Part shown: in pieces, positions 53,176 to 64,000 of the stretch
Numbering within the stretch: the stretch's first letter is position 1
Layout: every line of letters starts with the position of its first letter
Source of the DNA: Octopus sinensis
Lineage: Eukaryota
Length of the DNA stretch: 64,000 bases
Reading direction: 5' to 3'
Assembly (NCBI RefSeq): GCF_006345805.1
Contig: NC_043009.1
Span: 72,106,001 to 72,170,000, forward strand
Notes under the pieces: generated by a model
What the model was told of the DNA's origin: nothing
What the model saw: the letters and a program-made list of their open reading frames with translations, nothing else
Databases searched by the model: none
Made by a program: the position numbers and the translations under genes

Positions 53176-53450
53176 ACACGAAACACCTTAAGTCTTTGGT
53201 CTTCACGGTGCAGAACATTGGCAAATTTTTTCTTATCTGCTTCCCCTCTGGCTAAATAGACCTGTCTCCTAGCTTCTCTTTTGGCAGTCTGATACAATTC
53301 CCTGCTACCACCATTCTTCCAGTCCTTCCAAGCCTGTCTCTTTTCTCTAATAGCCCTGTCTACAACATTGTTCCACCACCACATTATTTTGGGTTGAGAG
53401 GGGACTTTGCTCCAGCCACAGATCTGGTCAGTGGCTCTCAAGATGCCATC
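53176..53450 (-). mobile_element. RTE family 2 ORF fragment (inter-domain region)
   Basis: WWWNNVVDRAIREKRQAWKDWK..YQTAKREARRQV. Confidence 0.7.
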
Positions 53451-53690
53451 CCAATCATCAGGCCCTTATATAACTTTATCAACGTTCAATACAATAAACT
53501 ATATTTTAATTTTTTTAAACCCTTAAGTATATGTAAAATAGGTATGTTTAAGTTACATATGTTTAAATTAGTTTCGCTAGACTCTACAAGCCATAATTCA
53601 GATAAAAATTCAAATAAAGATAAAAAGTTACATGAATAAAGTAAGAAATAAAAAAAAAAATTTTTAAATATACGAAAATTTACGAAAACT

Positions 53691-55560
53691 ATGTTAGTAA
53701 TATATAGTGTATCAAATAAAATTAAATTTACAAATACTATGTTAGTAATATATAGTGTTTCAAATAAAATAAAATTTACAAATACTATGTTAGTAATATA
53801 TAGTGTTTCAAATAAAATTAAATTTACAAATACTATGTTAGTAATATATAGTGTTTCAAATAAAATTAAATTTACAAATACTATGTTAGTAATATATAGT
53901 GTTTCAAATAAAATTAAATTTACAAATACTATGTTAGTAATATATAGTGTTTCAAATAAAATTAAATTTACAAATACTATGTTAGTAATATATAGTGTTT
54001 CAAATAAAATTAAATTTACAAATACTATGTTAGTAATATATAGTGTTTCAAATAAAATTAAATTTACAAATACTATGTTAGTAATATATAGTGTTTCAAA
54101 TAAATTAAATTTACAAATACTATGTTAGTAATATATAGTGTTTCAAATAAAATTAAATTTACAAATACTATGTTAGTAATATATAGTGTTTCAAATAAAA
54201 TTAAATTTACAAATACTATGTTAGTAATATATAGTGTATCAAATAAAATTAAATTTACAAATACTATGTTAGTAATATAGTGTTTCAAATAAAATTAAAT
54301 TTACAAATACTATGTTAGTAATATATAGTGTATCAAATAAAATTAAATTTACAAATACTATGTTAATAATATATAGTGTTTCAAATAAAATTAATTTACA
54401 AATACTATGTTAGTAATATATAGTGTTTCAAATAAAATTAAATTTACAAATACTATGTTAGTAATATATAGTGTATCAAATAAAATTAAATTTACAAATA
54501 CTATGTTAATAATATATAGTGTTTCAAATAAAATTAAATTTACAAATACTATGTTAGTAATATATAGTGTTTCAAATAAATTAAATTTACAAATACTATG
54601 TTAGTAATATATAGTGTTTCAAATAAAATTAAATTTACAAATACTATGTTAATAATATAGTGTTTCAAATAAATTAAATTTACAAATACTATGTTAGTAA
54701 TATATAGTGTTTCAAATAAAATTAAATTTACAAATACTATGTTAGTAATATATAGTGTTCAAATAAAATAAATTTACAAATACTATAAATATACAATAGT
54801 AAATAAAATTAAATTTACAAATACTATGTTAGTAATATATAGTGTTTCAAATAAAATTAAAATTTACAAATACTATGTTAGTAATATATAGTGTTTCAAA
54901 TAAAATTAAATTTACAAATACTATGTTAATAATATATAGTGTTTCAAATAAAATTAAATTTACAAATACTATGTTAGTAATATATAGTGTTTCAAATAAA
55001 ATTAAATTTACAAATACTATGTTAGTAATATATAGTGTTTCAAATAAAATTAAATTTACAAATACTATGTTAATAATATATAGTGTTTCAAATAAAATTA
55101 AATTTACAAATACTATGTTAGTAATATATAGTGTTTCAAATAAAATTAAATTTACAAATACTATGTTAGTAATATATAGTGTTTCAAATAAAATTAAATT
55201 TACAAATACTATGTTAATAATATATAGTGTTTCAAATAAAATTAAATTTACAAATACTATGTTAGTAATATATAGTGTTTCAAATAAAATTAAATTTACA
55301 AATACTATGTTAGTAATATATAGTGTTTCAAATAAATTAAATTTACAAATACTATGTTAGTAATATATAGTGTTTCAAATAAAATTAAATTTACAAATAC
55401 TATGTTAATAATATATAGTGTTTCAAATAAAATTAAATTTACAAATACTATGTTAGTAATATATAGTGTTTCAAATAAAATTAAATTTACAAATACTATG
55501 TTAGTAATATATAGTGTTTCAAATAAAATTAAATTTACAAATACTATGTTAGTAATATAT
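53691..55560. repeat. 48-bp AT-rich tandem satellite, about 39 copies
   Basis: Unit tatgttagtaatatatagtgtttcaaataaaattaaatttacaaatac; source of the MLVIYSVSNKIKFTNT ORFs. Confidence 0.95.
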
Positions 55561-55749
55561 AAAAAAAGTGAATAAAAATAAATATGAATAACAATAACAA
55601 TTTTAATATTTTTATTTTTATTTATTTATTCTTTTTATTTGGTGAGACGTAGGGGTCTGCTATCTCCAAATTAAAATATATTTCTTCATTGAGAATAATT
55701 TGAACCTCTGTTATGCCGGAATTTTTTTCCCTAAAAAAATAATATTTAA

Positions 55750-57440
<1,691 letters not shown>

Positions 57441-57659
57441 TAATATATATCATCAGTGGATCATATATCTGAAAAAAGAAGCACCTGCTAAAGAACTAAA
57501 GAATAGAGCAGTAATGTATTTACAAGCAGTTAAATATATGTCCGGTCATATAGTGACCAATGTTTCACATCCATAAAACCTGTAAGGGCTAGAGCTTTAT
57601 AGATGCAAGACCATTGGTCACTCAATGACGTATTTAACTGTTCACATGTATGTGTATAG

Positions 57660-57830
57660 ACATCATCATCATCCAGTTTTTTAAATTCGGGTTTTGTCCC
57701 CGTTAATGGGGGTGACCAGATCTGCCTCAATGCCATAGCAACTGCCCTCACACCATCTCTCCATCTTGCCCGGTTTGGGGTGTCCTCCTTTTTCAAACCA
57801 ACCCTCCCAGTGTACTCCTCCACCTTTTCC
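57660..57830 (-). mobile_element. 3' end of a third RTE-type LINE
   Basis: RVGLKKEDTPNRARWRDGV followed by a (GAT)n tail. Confidence 0.7.
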
Positions 57831-60800
57831 TCAGCCTACATATACATGCTATATGGTAAGAAGTTTGCTTCATAATCACATCATTCCACATTCAGTCCCA
57901 CTGAATGACACATTGGCGTCAAGAAAATTCTACAATAGCCTTGGACTGACCAAAACCTTGTGTATTGATCTGTTTGGCAGAAATTGAAGAACGTGTGTGT
58001 CTTTATGTCTGCCTCCCACCCTCGCTTGACAACTAGTATTCATATATTTACTACCCCGTAATCTAGCGGTTCAGCAAAAATAGTTCGATACAATAAATAC
58101 CAGGCTTTAAAAAAAATAAGTCGGGGGAGGGGACGATTCAATTGACTAAGAATTCTTCAAGGCGCAGTCTAATGACTGGAATAATTAAAAGATATGTATA
58201 CATGTATGTATGTAAACGCACGTGCGTACATGGGTTAGTTTCCACACACACTTCATGTCAACCGAATTTCCCTCTCAAAGTGTTAGTTAACCAAAAAACG
58301 GCCTTAGTAGGCGCTTGTTCAAGGTGTCGCAAAGTAGAATCGAACACGGAAGCATGTGGTTGTAGAGTGAACATCTTGATTTCACGACCCCTTGTAACTG
58401 AGGAACAGAAGTAATAGAACATTGGATTCAATGTCTTGGAAGATTCAGTTGTATCTTTTTACATTTTCTGCTCACACTTTGACGGAATTCACTTTGCTTG
58501 TAGGAATGGCGATCAGGAATCAAGTATCAGTTTTGTATTAGGGCAGTGTTTCTCATAGAAGGGTGGAGGCTTGTGAGAAGTGAAAAAGAGACCGAGGCAT
58601 GGCTTTGTTTCATAGAATTAGATTGTTTTGAACTTATTGTGGTGAATATAAAACTTCACTAATTCGTCTGTGAAGATAATATGTCATTTTGAGAAGCTCT
58701 GCATGAGGCGTTGCTTTAATCTTCCTTAGATTAAATTCCTTTCCGACAAATCTACTGTTTTGTGTGCTAGTGTAATAAAGTATCCGTGTTGTCGTGTCGC
58801 CGAAGACTAGAGCTTTGGGCACAATTGTGTCGCATTCATGGAAAAATAAATTGTTAATTTATTCCTAGCCTCTTCAATTGAATGTTATAAGGCGAAAACA
58901 ATTTTTCGAACAGGACAGAAAGGAAAGAATGTGTGCAAGAAGTGTCAATGATGTCAATTAATCGATCGTTTAATTCTGTTTTATTATGATAATCAGTAAA
59001 CCTAACCGACCCTATCACTTCAAACCCAGCTGTTTAACCACAAAGTCCGGCCTTGGCAATAGAAAGTCAGCCTCAGTTATCTGCCCTTGCAGTTATCAAT
59101 TTCTCTCGTCGATTGCAGTTCGAACCCTCAACCATCCGAGCTGATGTAAGTAAACTTTTCCTCTATCTTTTGTTTATTCATTTCTAATTGCCGCGGAATC
59201 TTCATTATTACATTCCCTATCACACACACTCTCTCTTTCTCGGTTGGTTTATAAGAAAGGGGGACATGCACAAACTTTATTTAGGCAAATATGTACACAA
59301 AATGTAGAAAATAGTTTTAATGTTTACACCTTAATTAAATTCGAGAAGGGGATTAGCGATGTATCCTTTGATTTTATATAATAAATCGCAAAGGAAGAAA
59401 GAATTTATAAAAATAACAAAACAAAACAAACTGACGTCTGCAATGTTTAGATACTTTTTAATTAATGAGCTTATTTTTAATATAGTGTTCTGGTGGAGTG
59501 CGACTGGTCTGTAAAGGGTGAAAGAGGAGGCCGAAAACAGCAGAAGAAAGCGATGATAGTCAAAAGTACTGCAGTGTAGACGGGATAAAACCCGACTCCA
59601 AGGCCGAAAATTGAACAAGAAAAGGTGCAAAGGTCAAGACTAACGTTGGTGACACAACAAAATTGTCCTGATGTCTACTTCAAAACTGGGTAGTTTATTT
59701 CATACTTGGACAATGCTGAGTGAAAATGTTTCCGAAAATCATGAGTGTTGTGCTGTTTATTTTATTTTATAGTTGTGTCCTCGAGTGATTGGATACTGAC
59801 TTCAAAAAGGTGGACGACGAAGCTTTGTATTGATATCCAGAGAAACAAGGAGGAGTAAGACATGTTGCGATTTGGACACTAAACTGCTTGACACACTTAA
59901 AAATACGGTCACGCCCCTGAGGCCTTTCACCAGATTTGGAGCTAAAAACACAAATACTTTACCAGTGTTCATACATCCATGTTGTATATATATATATATA
60001 TTATTAAGTATCGTCATTGCTAACAAATGTGTGTGCTGCTGGTATTTCCCACTATTTTCGTTTATTTAAAAAAAAATTATTTTTTAAAAAGATTTTAACG
60101 TACCCGGCGAAATACTTTGAAAATAAAACTGTTTTTCACGATAAATTGTAATGAATATGTGTTTAAATTTAAAATATAAAGGGTTCAATTATAATTGTCA
60201 ACATTTGGTGTGTTTCTGCTGCTTTCCTCTCGCAACGGAAAACAAAAACATTTTTAGTCAACTTGGATATTTTCCAGTGTCACTAATTAATAACTCGTGG
60301 CACACTACAACTGTTGTTTATACATACATACAAGTGTGTGTTTGTATGTATTTGTAAATTTGAGACCTACTGCTGTATTGTTTCTTTGTCCCCCTCATTC
60401 TACGTTTTTCAGCATACCTATTAAAGGCATTCCTGCCTAGGCTGCTATTTCTAGCAGTTCGAGCTACAACGTATTGGCTTCACGTTTGCTGCTAATTCTA
60501 CTTGTTCCGTTGATATGTTATTTAACCCCAGGTTAGCAGTGGTTGGGCGGAAGTATGACCTAAGACGTTCCAGTTATGACCATCCCATTTATTATTCAGT
60601 AAAAGAAAAATCTTACAACACTTACATTTGCTGTGAGAAGTGAAAGAATTTATCCCGGAATCTTGTTCATTGAGAAAAATTTAATCAATGCTGTGATTGC
60701 TGTAAAATGTATAATGTAGTTCAATATATCAAAAAGTATATTATTTAGTCAATATCTCGTAATACTAGTATGTGTTGTTTGTGTGTGTCTGTGTGTTTTG

Positions 60801-61019
60801 TTTGTTTGTGTGTGTATGTTTTGTTTGTGAGTGTGCATGTGTTTTGTTTGTTGATGTGCATGTATTGTTTGTGTGTGTGTTTTGTGTGTTTTTATTTGAA
60901 ATCACACTGTCGTACAGGAACACTGATATTGCCATTCCAGTAGAACATACTGGTTTCATTTCTTTCAAGCTTTTGCATATTCCTCAGTAGTCACAGCCCG
61001 TGTCACGCTGTGATGTAGC

Positions 61020-61400
61020 ATAGTTGTTCGTACACAGGCATCATATAATCTGCCTTTGACTCTGAAGGAGAGGCCCTTCATTACTAACAGGCTGTAGCTC
61101 CCTGGACTTCACTCAGCCTATTCTTATTCTAGCAGCTATGCTTTTGGAACAACCTCCTCCACTACTAACTTGGTCACCTAAGTAACAGAAACTGCCCTAC
61201 TACTTCTGAGAATTACCCTGGCATTTGAGGCAGTCTGCTTTTTGTTCATTTCTGCTGTTTAATGTACTTGCACGTCTGCCACATATAAAGTCTGCTGCTT
61301 TCTCTGTTAGCTTGCATTGAGTAAAATGTATGGAGTTTCTCTCGATACCTTTTCTACAAATTGAGCAGGGCCATCATCCTGAAGGGGTCTGTTTGTCCCC
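61020..61400 (-). mobile_element. Decayed RTE family 2 RT fragment
   Basis: Similar to 34975-35400. Confidence 0.65.
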
Positions 61401-61724
61401 TTACCAATGCTTCTCTGGTGTTGGTTGGTTTACATCTCTGTAACCTAGTGGTTCAGCAAAATGGGCTGATAGAATAAGTACAAGGCTTAAAAAAGAAAAT
61501 AAAACCGAATGTTCTGGCATTGAGATCTTCAAGTAAAAACCCTTTAAGGTGGGGGCTCCAGCATGGATGCAGTTAAATGACTAAAACAAGTAAAAGAACA
61601 TATGTATGTATATATATATATGCATGTATGTATGTACGTATATGTATGTATGTATGTACGTATATGTATGTATATGTATATGTGTGTATGTATATATATG
61701 TATGTATGTATAAATATATATATT

Positions 61725-61932
61725 GCCAGCCTCGCCTGGCACCTGTGCTGGTGGCACGTAAAAAGCACCCACTACATTCACGGAGTAGTTGGCGTTAGGA
61801 AGGGCATCCAGGTGTAGAAACACTGCCAGATCAGACTGCAGCCTGGTGCAGCCTTCTGGCTTCCCAGATCCCGGTCGAACCGTCCAACCCATGCTAGCAT
61901 GGAGAACGGACGTTAAACGATGATGATGATAT
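61725..61932 (+). mobile_element. RTE family 2 3' end
   Basis: One subrepeat, then catggagaacggacgttaaacgatgatgatg. Confidence 0.85.
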
Positions 61933-61949
61933 ATGCAGATGATTGTGAG

Positions 61950-61952
61950 CTA

Positions 61953-61998
<46 letters not shown>

Positions 61999-62390
61999 AC
62001 ATATGTATATATATGTATGTATACATATGTATGTATATGTATGTATACATATATATGTATATGTATGTATACATAAGTATGTATATGTATGTATATGTAT
62101 ATATACATATATATATATGTATGTATACATATATATATATATGTATGTATACATATATATATATATATGTATGTATACATATATATATATATATATGTAT
62201 ACATATATATATGTATGTATACACATATATATATATATGTATGTATACACATATATATATGTATGTATACACATATATATATATATGTATGTATACACAT
62301 ATATATATATGTATGTATACACATATATATATATGTATGTATCCACATATATATATATATGTATGTATACATATATATATGTATGTATAC

Positions 62391-62424
<34 letters not shown>

Positions 62425-62633
62425 ATGTATGTATGTATATATGTATATGTATGTATGTATATATGTATATGTATGTATGTATATATGTATATGTATGTAT
62501 GTATATATGTATATGTATGTATGTATATGTATGTATGTATATATGTATGTGTACATATATATGTATGTGTACATATATATGTATGTATACATATATATGT
62601 ATGTATATATATATATGTATGTATATATATATG

Positions 62634-62665
<32 letters not shown>

Positions 62666-62797
62666 TATGTATGTATATATATATGTATGTATATATATAT
62701 ATGTATATGTATGTATATATATATATATGTATATGTATGTATATATATATATATAAATATATATATGTATATGTATGTATATATATATACATATATA
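61950..62797. repeat. (TA)n/(TATG)n compound microsatellite
   Basis: Direct reading; source of the long YIHT/MYVY ORFs. Confidence 0.97.
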
Positions 62798-63150
62798 CAC
62801 CGCTGCGTGGTGCCAAGGATTCCAACATCACCATCAAAATACAGGTCCAGATACTGCAACAGCTTGGGTTTCAGAGGACCACAGCTCTTTAACATCCTCC
62901 CTAAATGCCTGAGAGACTTACATGGTGTGGATGTGGGTTTCTTTAAAACTAAACTGGATCTCTTCTTGTTGGGAGTCCCAGATGAACCTACCTCACGACA
63001 GGAGACACGGATGCGGGCAGCAGCATCGAACTCCCTTGTTGATCAAGTGCCACGTATCAGAGGTGGATTCACAAACTAGTGTAGCTCATTCAGCGGTGGT
63101 GCCCCAGCATGGCCGCGGCCTTCGGGCTAAAACATTTTTAAGGATTTAAG
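62798..63150 (+). mobile_element. 3' end of a CR1-group LINE
   Basis: [49 protein letters not shown] is a typical CR1-group ORF2 C-terminus. Confidence 0.8.
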
Positions 63151-63231
63151 GATTTATATATATAAATATATATATATATATGTATATGTATGTATATATA
63201 TATATATATATATACGTATGTATATGTGTAT

Positions 63232-64000
63232 ATCTGGTGGTCAATGAGGAAACTTGGGATAGATGAATGGTTAGTGAGAGCTGTGCGAGCCATGTACAGA
63301 GACACTGCTAGTAAGGTGAGGGTTGGCAACGAGTACAGTGAAGAATTCCGGGTAGAGGTAGGGGTCTGCCAAGGTTCAGTCCTCAGTCCCCTCCTATTTA
63401 TCGTAGTCCTCCAGGCAATAACGGAGGAATTCATGACAGGATGCCCCTGGGAGCTCCTCTATGCTGATGACCTTGTTCTAATTGCTGTGTCACTATCAGA
63501 ACTGGAGAAGTTTCAGGTGTGGAAGCAAGGATTAGAATCGAAGGGCGTTAGAATCAACCTAGCCAAAACCAAAGTCCTAATAAGTAGGAAGGTAGACCAA
63601 TCACAAATGCCTTCAGGTAGATGGCCCTGCTCGATCTGTAGAAAAGGTGTAGGTAGAAACTCTATAAGATGCACCAAGTGTAAGCTATAAACACATAAGA
63701 GGTGCAGCAATGTCAAAGGAAGGCTAACTAGGAAGATAGTTTTTGTTTGTGGCAGATGCTCAGGAGCAATAAACACTGAAAATATGCTGAGATCAACTTC
63801 TAACACGTTCCAGGGAGAAAAACTAGAAATAGTTGATAGCTTCCGCTACCTAGGTGACATAGTCAGTAGCGGGGGTGGGCGTGCTGAAAGTGTAACTGCT
63901 AGAGTAAGAATAGACTGGGCTAAGTTCAGAGAGCTCTTACCCCTGTTGGTGACAAAAAGGCCTCTCGCTCAGAGTAAAAGGCAGACTGTATGATGCATGT
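63232..64000 (+). mobile_element. RTE family 2 RT fragment (runs off the window)
   Basis: WSMRKLGIDEWLVRAV..GSVLSPLLF..ELLYADDL..FRYLGD; closely similar to 34975-35720 in opposite orientation. Confidence 0.9.

Noticed and set aside
53691-55575. Repetitive MLVIYSVSNKIKFTNT ORFs; possible CRISPR-like array
   Set aside because: The unit is 48 bp, a multiple of 3, with frequent indels, no spacers and no cas genes.
61894-63079. Long 267-358 aa ORFs
   Set aside because: Translations of TA/TATG microsatellite; only the tail belongs to a CR1 fragment.

Overview
AT-rich, repeat-dense animal genomic DNA. The repeat families resemble those I recall from octopod cephalopods (inference, not a database result). 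I can support only one host protein-coding gene: an intronless NUDCD2 (37598-38059, +). The rest is mostly retroelements and repeats. A near full-length RTE LINE (24481-31804) is split by an internally deleted Gypsy LTR element (28320-31417, 575-bp LTRs, tRNA-Trp PBS). A decayed HERO/R2-type RLE element spans about 43957-47700. There is an R4/Dong fragment inside (TAA)n, Penelope and CR1 fragments, many copies of a second RTE family whose 3' UTR carries tandem repeats, several tRNA-type SINEs, a palindromic MITE, a Helentron-like element, an 89-bp 28S rRNA fragment, a 48-bp satellite and long microsatellites. I found no convincing new multi-gene system. The best leads are an imperfect HDV-like ribozyme fold upstream of the RTE ORF, a G-skewed AT-rich island with a stop-poor frame of unknown origin, and a CpG mosaic suggesting genes whose exons I could not identify.
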